Below, piece by piece: positions 28,602 to 38,629 of a DNA stretch of 64,000 bases (positions within the stretch are counted from its first letter, which is position 1; every line of letters begins with the position of its first letter). The notes beneath the pieces were generated by a model. The model was not told the DNA's origin, did not search any database, and saw only the letters and a program-made list of their open reading frames with translations. Source of the DNA: an uncultured Balneolaceae bacterium (GTDB taxonomy: Bacteria > Bacteroidota > Rhodothermia > Balneolales > Balneolaceae); contig CAYTTA010000004.1 of NCBI GenBank assembly GCA_964440655.1, positions 30,700-94,699 on the forward strand. The letters are read 5' to 3'. Both the position numbers and the translations under genes were made by a program.

Positions 28602-29726
28602 GAACCGGACTCCGCAGCTGAATTGGCCATCAGATAACTTTTGATGAACCCGTCCAGATCGCCGTCCATCACCCCATCCACATCGGATGTCTCGTAACCG
28701 GTACGGTGATCCTTCACCAGGGTGTAGGGCTGGAAGACATAGGAGCGGATCTGGGACCCCCACTCTATCTTGCTCTTCGAATCCTGAAGCTTCTGCATCT
28801 CTGCCTCCCGGATGTTCTTCTCCAGCTCGTAGATCTTTGACTTGAGCAGGACCAGGGCTTTCTCCCGGTTCTGAAGCTGTGAACGCTCCTGCTGGCACTC
28901 GGCGACTACCCGTTGCGTTGATCCGTCCGAAAGCGTCCCCTCCCAGATAAGCCGGACGCCGGTCTCCACCTTGTTCACGTTCTGACCGCCTGCTCCTCCG
29001 GAGTGGAACCGCTGCATCTCGATCTCGCTCTCGTTGATATCCACCTCTATGCTCTCGTCGATCAGAGGTGAGACAAAGATGGAGCTGAAGGAGGTGTGCC
29101 TTCGGGCGTTGCTGTCGAAGGGAGAGATCCGTACCAGTCGGTGCACACCGCTCTCTGCCCGGAGAAAACCATAGGCATTGGGGCCGCTCACCTGGATGGT
29201 TGCACTCTTGATACCGGCCACCTCTCCGCTCTGGTACTCGAGCACAGAGACCTGGTAGCCGTTCTGTTCGGCCCAGCGGGTGTACATCCGGAAGAGCATC
29301 CCCGCCCAGTCCTGGCTCTCGGTTCCGCCTGCTCCCGAGTTAATGGTCAGGATGGCATCCCGGTGGTCATCCTCCCCGGTAAGCATGCTCTGCAGTTCAA
29401 GAGCCTCAAGTTTCTTCAGAAAAACTTCCAATTCACGGCGGATCTCCTCCTCAACAGGCTCCCCCTCCTCCAGAAACTGCTGGTAGACGAGTATGCTCTC
29501 GCGCAGTTCATCCAGCTCATCCCAACTGCCGACCACCGATTTCTCCTGGTTGAGCTGCCTCATGATTCCGCCGGCACGATCCGGGTCGTTCCAGAACTCC
29601 GGATCCTGAACCTGCTCCTCCAGTTCGATGATCTTTATTTTCCGACGATCGTAGTCAAAGATACCTCCTGAGCAGATCGAGCCGCTCGAAATATTCTTTA
29701 ATCCTCTCGGAAGTCACATGATCCAT
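28598..29726 (-). CDS. prfB: peptide chain release factor 2, requires a programmed +1 frameshift
   Basis: ATG at 29726 encodes MDHVTSERIKEYFERLDLLRRYL, followed by an in-frame TGA. The +1 frame continues DYDRRKIKIIELEEQVQDPEFWND... into the 321-aa ORF, which carries the SPF and GGQ motifs. Confidence 0.93.
29654..29672 (-). other. prfB: programmed +1 ribosomal frameshift site of prfB (SD-like AGGAGG, then CTT TGA C)
   Basis: Minus strand reads CTC AGG AGG TAT CTT TGA C. This is the canonical RF2 autoregulatory shift site with an internal Shine-Dalgarno-like element a short distance upstream of CUU UGA C. Confidence 0.9.
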
Positions 29727-29727
29727 A

Positions 29728-31521
29728 TCAGGCTGTTCTTGTTTTGAGTTTCCGATTGTTCTGATCCTTGTACTGAAGTTCGTAAAGCCGGCGATAAATT
29801 CCCTTCTCCATTTGAAGCAGTTCCCGGTGGGAACCCATCTCCCGGATCTCCCCTTTATGCATCACCAGAATCTTATCAGCCCCCTGGATGGTGGAGAGCC
29901 TGTGGGCGATCACGATCGATGTTCTCCCCTCCATCAAGGTTTCAAATGCCTCGGTCACAAGCTGTTCGGTGGAGGAGTCGACGCTCGAGGTGGCCTCATC
30001 CAGCACCATAATGGCGGGATTGTGTACCATGGCCCGCACAAAACAGATCAGCTGCCTCTGCCCCATCGAGAGGGAGAGTCCTCTCTCGCGGAGGCGGTAG
30101 TGATAACCTCCCGGCAGCTTCCGGATAAACTGGTGAGCACGGACCTGCCGCGAGGCCTCCTCCACCTGTTCAAACGTGATGGATGGGTTGCCGAGTGTGA
30201 TATTCTCCAGAATTGTACCGGAGAAGAGCGCGCTGTCCTGCAGCACGAGTCCGAAGTGAGATCGAAGCTGCCGGAGTCTCAGATCCCGGATATCGACGCC
30301 GTCCAGAAGAATCCTTCCCTTCTGCAGATCGTAGAATCGCAGCAGAAGATTGATAATGGTGGTCTTGCCCGATCCGGTTGCCCCCACGATCGCCACATTC
30401 TCGCCCGGCCGGACCTCGAACGACACATCTTTCAGTACGTCCGCCTGGTCGGGGTGGTAACGGAACCAGACATTTTCAAACCGGATCTCCCCTTCCACCT
30501 TCTCCAGCGGAACAGGTCGGGCGGGCTCCTTCACCCGGTTTTCAGTGTCCAGCACATGGAAGATCCGTTCGGAGGAGGCCAGTGCCGACTGCAGGGTGTT
30601 GTACTTCTCACTCAGTCCCCGGATCGGCTGGAAGAACTGGCGGACATACTGGATGAAGGCGACCAGTACCCCGAAGGTCACCTGGCCGGTAAGCGCCCGG
30701 CCGCCTCCGTACCAGATCACCAGCGCCATCGCCAGACTGGCCAGCACCTCCACCACGGGCCAGAAAAGGGCAAAATAGAAAACAGTCCGGATGTGGGCTT
30801 TCCGGTGGGAGGCGTTGATCGACTCGAACTTCTCCTCCTGTTTCTTCTGCCGGTTGAAGAGTTGAACGATCGCCATTCCCTGAATATGCTCCTGGACAAA
30901 GGAGTTGAGGCGGGCGATCTGATCCCGCACCTCCAGAAAGGCCCCGCGTACCCTGGCACGGAAGAGAAAGGTGGCATAGAAGAGCAGGGGCAGCACCAGG
31001 ATCGAGACCAGGGTGAGCTCCCAGCTCATCGCCAGCATGAACCAGAGGATGAAAACGATCCGGAACAGGTCTCCGACCATGTTGACCACCCCGTCGGAGA
31101 GCAGTTCACTGAGCGCCTCGATATCACTCGTGGTCCGGGTGATGAGTCGTCCGATCGGATTCCGGTCGAAGAACTGGATATGAAGGGACTGGATCTTCCG
31201 GAACACCTCGTTCCGGAGATGATAGAGGGTCCCCTGTCCAAACCACCGGGTCAGATAGGTGTTCAGGACAAGCAGGATGAACTCAAAAATCAGCGCTCCG
31301 ACCAGGAGAAGGATGATCCGCCAGAGCCCCTCGTAGTCCCCCGTGGCCATGTAGTCGTCGACGGCAACCTGGGTGAGTTTCGGTCGCACCGTACCCAGCC
31401 AGGAGGCCATCAGGGTCAGGACGATCGCCAGGACGACATACCAGCGGTAGGGTCTAAGAAACTGCCAGAGCCGACGGATCAGCCGGGAATCGACCGATTT
31501 GGAATCCTTCTCGTTGCTCAA
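29728..31521 (-). CDS. ABC exporter, fused permease/ATPase half-transporter (MsbA/MdlB-like)
   Basis: 597 aa with 6 TM segments, Walker A GATGSGKTT, signature LSMGQRQ and Walker B MVLDEATS. Confidence 0.9.
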   Translation of the reverse strand: MSNEKDSKSVDSRLIRRLWQFLRPYRWYVVLAIVLTLMASWLGTVRPKLTQVAVDDYMATGDYEGLWRIILLLVGALIFEFILLVLNTYLTRWFGQGTLYHLRNEVFRKIQSLHIQFFDRNPIGRLITRTTSDIEALSELLSDGVVNMVGDLFRIVFILWFMLAMSWELTLVSILVLPLLFYATFLFRARVRGAFLEVRDQIARLNSFVQEHIQGMAIVQLFNRQKKQEEKFESINASHRKAHIRTVFYFALFWPVVEVLASLAMALVIWYGGGRALTGQVTFGVLVAFIQYVRQFFQPIRGLSEKYNTLQSALASSERIFHVLDTENRVKEPARPVPLEKVEGEIRFENVWFRYHPDQADVLKDVSFEVRPGENVAIVGATGSGKTTIINLLLRFYDLQKGRILLDGVDIRDLRLRQLRSHFGLVLQDSALFSGTILENITLGNPSITFEQVEEASRQVRAHQFIRKLPGGYHYRLRERGLSLSMGQRQLICFVRAMVHNPAIMVLDEATSSVDSSTEQLVTEAFETLMEGRTSIVIAHRLSTIQGADKILVMHKGEIREMGSHRELLQMEKGIYRRLYELQYKDQNNRKLKTRTA

Positions 31522-32738
31522 AACCGGTCAAAATCATCAAACGGAGTCCGGGGAGTGATGTGGCGCGGTTTTCTTGTGTCGTCCCGCCGGTCGTTTCTCC
31601 GTACCCGCTCCATGCGGTCGGAGTCGCTCCTTCTCACCCGGTGGTCCATCCGGTCGGAATCGTTCCTTCGCCGTGGACGGAAGTTGACGTTGCCTCCGGT
31701 ATCGCGGCGCTTGCGGAACCGTTTCTGCTTGTCATGCTTCCGGGGACCTTTTCCGGTGTCGGCAGCTCTGGCATCGATCTCCTTGAGATAGACTTTCGGG
31801 GTGATGATCCCCTTCTCATGTGCCGGATCGGTGTAGATCGGACGGAGCTCGGTCGCCAGCCAGGCGGGGAAGAACTCCCTGCGGACCTCGCGGAGCAGGA
31901 CGAACGGATTGGTGTACCGGGCTGAAAAATGGGTGATGACCAGAAGCTTGGTCTGCGCCTCGTTTGCGACCCTTGCCGCATCGATGGAGGTGCAGTGGCC
32001 TGTTTCGGCCGCCTTGTCGGCCAGGTTCTCGCTGAAGGTCGCTTCGTGAACCAGGATGTTGGTGTTCATCGCCAGCTTGACCGCATTGGGACTGTAGCTG
32101 GTATCGGTGATGTAGGCGAAACTGTCTCCCGGTCTGGGGTGCCCGACAATATCGGAAGAGCGGACAAGTGTGCCGTCCTCGAGCTCGACATCTTCGCCCG
32201 CCTTGAGGGCCTTGTACTGCCAGTCTTCGGTAATTCCCTTCTGCCGGGCCAGATCGGCATCCACTTTCCCCGGCTTGTCCTTCTCCTGGAACCGGAAGCC
32301 GGCACAGAACTTGTTGTGCTTGAGCGGACGTGCCTCCACAAAGAACTCCTCTTCGTCGATCACACGTCCCCCCTCGAAATCGGGTTCCAGTTCGACGTAG
32401 CGGATTTCGAAGGTGAGTTCAATCCCCGCAAAGCGGAAGTTCCACTCCACATATTCCCGGATCCCCTCGGGACCCACGATCGTAAGCGGTTTCTCCCTTC
32501 TCTGAAGCTGAAGGGTGGAAAGAAGCCCGATCAGTCCTGAGTAGTGGTCGATGTCGAAGTGACTGATGAAGATGTAGTCCACTTTGGAGCGCTTCAATCC
32601 CGCCTGAAGCATTCTCATCTGGGTATTCTCACCGCAGTCAAAAAGGCTGATGCTGCCTTCTCTCCACAGTGCAATGGACGGCAAGTGACGGGTTGCCGTG
32701 GGGGTAGCCGACGCAACACCTAATGGAATAATGATCAT
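31518..32738 (-). CDS. MBL-fold hydrolase, RNase Z-like, with an Arg/Asp-rich repetitive C-terminal tail
   Basis: 406 aa with an N-terminal metallo-beta-lactamase motif (ISHFDIDHYSG) and an RNase Z-like layout. The last ~100 aa are basic with repeats (RRNDSDRMDHRV / RRSDSDRMERV / RRNDRRDD). Confidence 0.65.
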   Translation of the reverse strand: MIIIPLGVASATPTATRHLPSIALWREGSISLFDCGENTQMRMLQAGLKRSKVDYIFISHFDIDHYSGLIGLLSTLQLQRREKPLTIVGPEGIREYVEWNFRFAGIELTFEIRYVELEPDFEGGRVIDEEEFFVEARPLKHNKFCAGFRFQEKDKPGKVDADLARQKGITEDWQYKALKAGEDVELEDGTLVRSSDIVGHPRPGDSFAYITDTSYSPNAVKLAMNTNILVHEATFSENLADKAAETGHCTSIDAARVANEAQTKLLVITHFSARYTNPFVLLREVRREFFPAWLATELRPIYTDPAHEKGIITPKVYLKEIDARAADTGKGPRKHDKQKRFRKRRDTGGNVNFRPRRRNDSDRMDHRVRRSDSDRMERVRRNDRRDDTRKPRHITPRTPFDDFDRF

Positions 32739-32822
32739 TCTGTTCTCCCGCAGTCTTGTTTTTACAGGGGGTTTACCGGTCAGGCAAACCGTACCCTCGG
32801 GTTTCGGTTAGATTACTGTCGA

Positions 32823-34622
32823 TCAGATTTCTGCCAGCTCTTTTTCAAGCAATTGTTTGCGATACATCTCTGCATAGGCTCCGTTGAGTTTCAGGAGCTC
32901 TTCATGCGACCCTTTCTCCAGGAGGAACCCGTCCTCAATATAAAAAATTGTATCGGCGTTTATAATGGAGGAAATCCGGTGGCTGATCATGATGGTCGTG
33001 CGGTTCTCCAGCTCCTTGCGCAGATGCTGCATGATGTCAGCTTCCGTCTTCGTATCCACTGCGCTCAGCGAATCATCCAGAATCAGAATATCCGGATCCT
33101 TGATCAATGCCCGGGCTATGGCTGTCCGCTGTTTCTGTCCCCCGGAAAGAGTGATCCCCCTCTCTCCAACCATAGTCTCGAATTTTTTCTCAAAATCCAA
33201 AATATTCTCCAGAAGCTGTGCCTTCCGGGCGGCTGTCTCGATCTGTTCGGGGAGTGCTTCTTCCACTCCGAAAGCGATGTTCTCCCCGATCGTGGTCGAG
33301 AACAGAAAGGTATCCTGTGGTACAAACCCGATTTTTCGCCGGAGAATTCGGACGGGCCATTTTCTGATCTCCACACCGTCAATCCGGATCTCCCCTTCCT
33401 CCGGGTCGAACAGGCGGGGAATGAGCTGGACAAGGGTGGACTTGCCGGAACCGGTCGGACCGGTGATCGCGACCGTCTGCCCCTCTTCGATCCGGAAAGA
33501 GATGTTCTGCAGTGCGGGAACCGATGCGCCTGGATAGGTGAAGGTTACATCGCGGAATTTAATCTCTCCGCGCATCTTCTGAAGCGTGGAATCGGTCTGG
33601 TCATCATCCGCAATCTCAATCTCCTCCCCGAGCAGCTCTTGGATCCGGTTCCAGGAGGCAAGCGATTTCTGGAACATGTTCACTGTATAGCCGAGCGATG
33701 CGACCGGCCAGGTCAGGTAGGCGACGTAGATAATATACTCGGCGATGTTTCCCACAGTGATCTCCCCGCTCATCACCATGGTCCCCCCCTGCCAGACTAC
33801 AATGATCACCGACACACCGATAAGCAGGTTGAGTGCCGGATGAAAGAGCGATTCCACCAGGTCGAGCCGGAGTTTCTTCTTCCGGTAGGAGTCGCTCTCC
33901 CGTTCAAACCGCTCCTGCTCGTAGGGTTCCCTGTTGTAGGCCTTGATAAGTCGGATGGAGCTGAAGGCCTCGGTCGCCCTGCCGGCAAGTTCCGAATACT
34001 GCTCCTGGATGATCACCTGGTATTTGTGGATGAATCCGCTCACCCAGTAGGCAAAGGCGGAGAGAAACGGGAGCGGAAGCAGCGACCAGAGAGTAAGACG
34101 GGGGTTGACGATCACCATCATGGTGAGAATGAACCCGGCCCGTGTAAGGGTGTTGACCGTATACATGTAGACCGGTCCGAAATATTCCCGTACCCGGACC
34201 ACATCCTCTGTCGCCCGCACATAGATGTCCCCGGAAGGCCGCTCGGCAAAGTAGCGTTGCGGGAGCCGGAGCAGCTTGCGGATGATGTCGTTTCGGATGT
34301 CATACTCGATCTTTCGGGAGGTGACGATGAGTGTCTGTCTCGTGGCGAAGAGCAACACGCCGTAGAGCAGGACCGTCCCGATGAGCAGAAGGGAGTTGCG
34401 GGCGAGAATCGCTCCCGCCTGGGAGTGGAAAAAAACTTCCGACAGGCTCCCGTAGCTGAAACCCTCCAGTTCCCTCAGAGCCTCCACCTGGTCCATGGTC
34501 CGTCGGATCAGCACCGGAATCCAGACCAGGAAGAAATTGGAGGCCGTCAGGAGGACCGATCCGAGGAGGATGGTCCCGCGGTATTTTTTAAAGTAGCGGT
34601 TGAGCTGCGAGAGACTGTTCAA
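32823..34622 (-). CDS. ABC exporter, fused permease/ATPase half-transporter (MdlA-like partner)
   Basis: 599 aa with Walker A GPTGSGKST, signature LSGGQKQR and Walker B LILDDSLS. Confidence 0.9.
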   Translation of the reverse strand: MNSLSQLNRYFKKYRGTILLGSVLLTASNFFLVWIPVLIRRTMDQVEALRELEGFSYGSLSEVFFHSQAGAILARNSLLLIGTVLLYGVLLFATRQTLIVTSRKIEYDIRNDIIRKLLRLPQRYFAERPSGDIYVRATEDVVRVREYFGPVYMYTVNTLTRAGFILTMMVIVNPRLTLWSLLPLPFLSAFAYWVSGFIHKYQVIIQEQYSELAGRATEAFSSIRLIKAYNREPYEQERFERESDSYRKKKLRLDLVESLFHPALNLLIGVSVIIVVWQGGTMVMSGEITVGNIAEYIIYVAYLTWPVASLGYTVNMFQKSLASWNRIQELLGEEIEIADDDQTDSTLQKMRGEIKFRDVTFTYPGASVPALQNISFRIEEGQTVAITGPTGSGKSTLVQLIPRLFDPEEGEIRIDGVEIRKWPVRILRRKIGFVPQDTFLFSTTIGENIAFGVEEALPEQIETAARKAQLLENILDFEKKFETMVGERGITLSGGQKQRTAIARALIKDPDILILDDSLSAVDTKTEADIMQHLRKELENRTTIMISHRISSIINADTIFYIEDGFLLEKGSHEELLKLNGAYAEMYRKQLLEKELAEI

Positions 34623-34637
34623 AACGGACGAACCAAA

Positions 34638-35663
34638 TCAGCGATACCTTTCAATCCAGTCCCGGGCTAGTTTCACACCCGAACTGTATGCATGGTCAAC
34701 AAGATTGCCGCCGAAATAATCTCCGACCACAGCCAGGGGAGCTCCATCCACGGCAAATTCCATATAGGGCCGGTCGATAAACCGGTCTGTTCGGGCAAAT
34801 CTCCAGTAGTGGAGCTTGTTCCACTGCGGCCGGCCGGCCCAGCCGCCGATCACCCCGGCAGCTCTCTCCAACATCAGAGAGGCGACTTTCGACGGGTCGC
34901 TGTAGCGGTGCTCCCGGGCAAATTCAGCGGAAGAGTGGATCACCAGAGCCGTCTCCGGCAGATCTCTTTTTGAGTTTTCATTGACGATGGTCTCCAGAAC
35001 CGGATCCAGGCACCGGATCGCATCCCACTCGGGGAGCTCCAGATCTCCGTATCCGGCCATCAGGGTCCAGACCGGGTCGTACTGGATCTCGTCAATCTCA
35101 CGGATGATGGTGAACGCTTCGGTCTCATCACGGGTGGTCATCACGATGCTGTGCGCCTGGGGGGCCGGAGCGGCTACGATCACCGCATCCACCTGCAAAG
35201 TGTCAAAGTTGGTAAGGTTGATCACCCACGGTTTTTTCCGGATCCGGCCCGGACCGAAAAAGGTGACACCTCCTGCTTTCACCTCGGGGAGGATGTCCAC
35301 CCAGCGGGAGAGGTGTGTGGCGATGCGGTTCATTCCTTCGGGAGCCACATACTTGATCTGCTCATCCTGGTTCGGACCGGTCGGAGTGAGCCCTCCCTCA
35401 TCGTAGTGCCAGATTGCATCCCCCCATACCTTTACAAGGTTTTCCTCCAGAAGCTCTGCCATCAGGGCCCGGAACTCATCCGTACGGGCGGTAACCCAGG
35501 AGAGACCGTAATCGAGAATCAGGCCGTTCTCCTGCGAAACGGTTGCCAGACGCCCTCCCGGCTTGTGGGTTTTTTCTATAACGGTGACATGGTGCCCGGC
35601 ACGGGCAAGTTCTCTTCCCGCTGCCAGACCTGCTATTCCGGCGCCGATAATACCAATCTTCAT
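34638..35663 (-). CDS. NAD(P)/FAD-dependent oxidoreductase (amine oxidase / renalase-like fold)
   Basis: 341 aa with the N-terminal dinucleotide-binding motif KIGIIGAGIAGLAAGRELARAGHHVTVIEK..KPGGR. Confidence 0.75.
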   Translation of the reverse strand: MKIGIIGAGIAGLAAGRELARAGHHVTVIEKTHKPGGRLATVSQENGLILDYGLSWVTARTDEFRALMAELLEENLVKVWGDAIWHYDEGGLTPTGPNQDEQIKYVAPEGMNRIATHLSRWVDILPEVKAGGVTFFGPGRIRKKPWVINLTNFDTLQVDAVIVAAPAPQAHSIVMTTRDETEAFTIIREIDEIQYDPVWTLMAGYGDLELPEWDAIRCLDPVLETIVNENSKRDLPETALVIHSSAEFAREHRYSDPSKVASLMLERAAGVIGGWAGRPQWNKLHYWRFARTDRFIDRPYMEFAVDGAPLAVVGDYFGGNLVDHAYSSGVKLARDWIERYR

Positions 35664-35810
35664 AGAGAGCTCAGTTGTCGGTTACAATTATTCGGTAAAA
35701 GATTCGGTAAAAAAGGTAAAGTGATGAATCCGCCGATCCGGAGTTGCCACGCAAGTTACGGGGTTCCGACCGGTGAAGTTACGGGGATAATCCGGCCGCT
35801 TAATGTACGA

Positions 35811-36683
35811 TTAAACGCGACCATCCGGTACCTGGCTTTCGGCGATTGCCGGCTCTTTCCGAAACTCCTTCCCCGTGGACTTTCTCCGGTCGAGAATCCA
35901 CTGCTCCAGAACCATCGCCACGGGCCCGATCAGAAAGAGTGCATAGAACGGAGCGTAGACAAATTCGGCAAGGCGGAAGAAGAATTCGAGCAGTGCGATG
36001 AGAAAAGCGACCAGAGTCTGCCCTTTTCTGGAGGAGACGGTGGTTTTGGGATCCGTGATCATGAAGAGCACAAAGAGCTGATACATGGGGCCGGTGATGG
36101 GCGCCACTTCGGCGAGCCAGGGGTCCCCCGTGATCAGGCTTCTAAGCCAGGAGAAGGCAAAAAAGGAGAGGACATAGGTCGCGCTGATGTTGAAGCGGTT
36201 CACCCTCCAGATGGTGATGAACCCGATGATCCAGATCACCAGCATCGGCCACATGAAGCTTCCCCACTGAATGCTCAGAACCGCGGTGTGACCGGGTGCA
36301 AGAAGAAGAGTGGCGACCACTCCGAAATTGGTGGGGTTCCAGATGTGGCGCCCCTTGTAGCGGAGCACATATTTTGAGGTGATGGAGACCATCGCGCAGT
36401 AGGCGAACGGCCAGAAGTAGGGAGAGCGGATCAGGATTCCGGTGCTGATCCCGGAAATGTAGGCACTGCTCAGGTTCCGCCATCCGCCATGAACAAGACG
36501 GTAGAGGACCAGTTCGGTCAGGATGCTGGCGCTGATTGCCAGCAGCAGTTTCTGCCAGCTGTCAAGGATTCCGAAGGTGAGATGGGAGGCGAGCAGGATC
36601 CCTGTGATGACCAGCGGAGAGGTGTAGCTTTTCAGGAACTGAAGGCTGAATCTGCGTTCTGTAGATGCAAGGACGTTGTTCAT
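35811..36683 (-). CDS. polytopic membrane protein with RnfD/NqrB-like motifs (possibly UnbU-type)
   Basis: 290 aa with about 8 hydrophobic segments and the motifs HIWNPTNFG and FMITDPKT, which recall RnfD/NqrB. It lies 25 nt downstream of the CRTAC1/ASPIC gene. The UnbU assignment comes from remembered annotations, not from a search. Confidence 0.5.
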   Translation of the reverse strand: MNNVLASTERRFSLQFLKSYTSPLVITGILLASHLTFGILDSWQKLLLAISASILTELVLYRLVHGGWRNLSSAYISGISTGILIRSPYFWPFAYCAMVSITSKYVLRYKGRHIWNPTNFGVVATLLLAPGHTAVLSIQWGSFMWPMLVIWIIGFITIWRVNRFNISATYVLSFFAFSWLRSLITGDPWLAEVAPITGPMYQLFVLFMITDPKTTVSSRKGQTLVAFLIALLEFFFRLAEFVYAPFYALFLIGPVAMVLEQWILDRRKSTGKEFRKEPAIAESQVPDGRV

Positions 36684-36708
36684 GGGTCGGATCTGGTGGG
36701 GCGATGAA

Positions 36709-38607
36709 TTATGGTCCGGTGTCGGCTCCGGCCGGTCGGGAACGGCTCTTTCCTGAAACGTCTGTGGGATCTGTCGTTACGGCACGGGCCGCTTCATCCG
36801 CCGCGAAGGCTCCGGGTTCCCGGATCCGGTGAGCGCGGTTGGGCTCGGGCCGGTCGATCTGCTGCCGGATTCCGGAAGGCCAGATGATCTCGGCACGCTC
36901 GATCCGGGCATCTCTGCCGAGCCCGAAATGGAGCGGCCTCTGACTCTGGGAACTGAAGGCATCCCCTCCTGCAACGGTTTTCACCTGCACCTGTCCGCCC
37001 CTTTCCGGGGTGCTCCAGTAGAGCCGGAGAGCAGCCCCGATGGCACTTCGGTTGCTCCCGGTTCCCTCCAGGTGAAAAGAGATCCAGTCGTTCTCTTCCC
37101 GGGCATGGTTCCGGTAGATCCGGACCGGTCCGTTCTGGTTGGCCACGATCAGATCCAGAGAGCCATCCCCGTCCAGATCCCCGAAAGCCACCGCCCGGCT
37201 GTCCAGATTGAGCATTCCCCCCACCGCTGCGGCCACCTCTCGAAATCTTCCGGCACCGTCGTTGATCCAGATTTTGTTGTTTTGATACCCGGAGAAGGTG
37301 CGTCCGTTCATGGCCGGCCAGTTCATCGCATCGATGATCACATTCCGGTGCCCGCCCACCACCTTGGCGTAATCGTACCAGTAATCGGTACCCGGTTCGT
37401 CCGATACATAGCCGTTGGCCACATAGAGATCCAGAAAGCCGTCATTGTTCAGATCGGCAAACTGACCGCCATACCCCCAGTCTCCGATCTCCACCCCCAT
37501 GCCGGGAGCGAGGTTTCGGTAACGGATGGTCCCCTCATCACTCCGTCGGGAAGGAACCCAGAGGTTGTTTCCCTGCATCAGCACCCCGGCTTCGGAGATA
37601 TTGGTCACATAGATGGAGAACTCTCCCCGATTCATGATATCCCCGAAGGCAACGCTCATTCCGCTCTTGGGAATGAATCCGATTCCGCTTTCTTCGCTCA
37701 CATTCCGGAATCTGCCTCCTTCATTGAGAAAGAACTCGTCCGCACCGTAGTCATTGGCGATGACCAAATCGGGATAGCCGTTCCCGGTAAGATCAGCCGC
37801 AGCGGCTGCAAGTGTCCATTTTCGGGTGGTCAGACCTGCCTGTTCGGTCACATCGGCGAACCTACCGTCCCCCCTGTTTTCCAGCAGCCAGTTCCGTCCT
37901 CCGTTGGTGGCATACTCATAGCTGTCGGGCATGATCCGGGTTGTGGTGAGATTCCACAGGTCCACATCCTCATGGTAATAGCCGCCGATGAAGAGATCGA
38001 GGAGTCCGTCACCATTGTAATCCAGCCAGACTGCCGTGTTGGCATTGACCCAGTCGGGAAGGCCGGCATTCTCCACGCGGGAGAATCCCTCTCCCCGCTC
38101 ATTCCGCCAGAGCTCCGGACGCCCCCATTTGTAGAGAAAAAGATCCTCGAACCCGTCGTTGTCGAAATCACCCCAGACCGCGCCCATGGAAACCCCGGTC
38201 CCTTCACGGTTCAGGTCCGCGATCCCCAGCTCCCCGGCCACATCACGAAACCCTCCCTCTCCCAGATTGAGATAAAGAGCGTTGTGCGAACCGGACCGGC
38301 TGTTGGTCAGATATAGATCGGGAAGGCCGTCGTTGTTGAAATCAACAATGGAGACCGAGGCCCCTACGGATGCAATCTGGGGAAGGATGTGGTCCAGCCG
38401 TGGGTCGAGCTGCGGCCGCTCGTGAACGAATGTTACACCCCACTCCTCTGAAACCTCCTCCAGATAGAATCCATACCGCTCGATTGCCTGCTCCCGCAAT
38501 TCGAAAATCTCGGGTGCACGGACCTTCTCCAGCCATCGGATCCCGGCAGGAGCCGATAGCAGCAGCAGGAAAAATAGTGTGACCCCTAACTGTTTGATCT
38601 GTAGCAT
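36709..38607 (-). CDS. CRTAC1-family protein (FG-GAP/VCBS repeats plus ASPIC/UnbV C-terminal domain), exported
   Basis: 632 aa with an N-terminal signal/anchor. It has repeated D.NNDG..DL/Y..N motifs (FNNDGLPDLYLTN, DFDNDGFEDLF, DYNGDGLLDLF, DLNNDGFLDLYVAN, DLDGDGSLDLIVAN). The C-terminus (SNRSAIGA.L....G.......GG.FSSQS...LHFGLG) is typical of ASPIC/UnbV. Confidence 0.8.
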   Translation of the reverse strand: MLQIKQLGVTLFFLLLLSAPAGIRWLEKVRAPEIFELREQAIERYGFYLEEVSEEWGVTFVHERPQLDPRLDHILPQIASVGASVSIVDFNNDGLPDLYLTNSRSGSHNALYLNLGEGGFRDVAGELGIADLNREGTGVSMGAVWGDFDNDGFEDLFLYKWGRPELWRNERGEGFSRVENAGLPDWVNANTAVWLDYNGDGLLDLFIGGYYHEDVDLWNLTTTRIMPDSYEYATNGGRNWLLENRGDGRFADVTEQAGLTTRKWTLAAAAADLTGNGYPDLVIANDYGADEFFLNEGGRFRNVSEESGIGFIPKSGMSVAFGDIMNRGEFSIYVTNISEAGVLMQGNNLWVPSRRSDEGTIRYRNLAPGMGVEIGDWGYGGQFADLNNDGFLDLYVANGYVSDEPGTDYWYDYAKVVGGHRNVIIDAMNWPAMNGRTFSGYQNNKIWINDGAGRFREVAAAVGGMLNLDSRAVAFGDLDGDGSLDLIVANQNGPVRIYRNHAREENDWISFHLEGTGSNRSAIGAALRLYWSTPERGGQVQVKTVAGGDAFSSQSQRPLHFGLGRDARIERAEIIWPSGIRQQIDRPEPNRAHRIREPGAFAADEAARAVTTDPTDVSGKSRSRPAGADTGP

Positions 38608-38629
38608 GGCCGGTCTGTTTTCGGACCCT

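Noticed and set aside
29812-34670. 659-aa (29812-31791) and 605-aa (32853-34670) plus-strand ORFs
   Set aside because: Both lie antisense to the two ABC transporter genes, which carry clear Walker A, signature and Walker B motifs. No family resemblance was seen. They are compositional artefacts.
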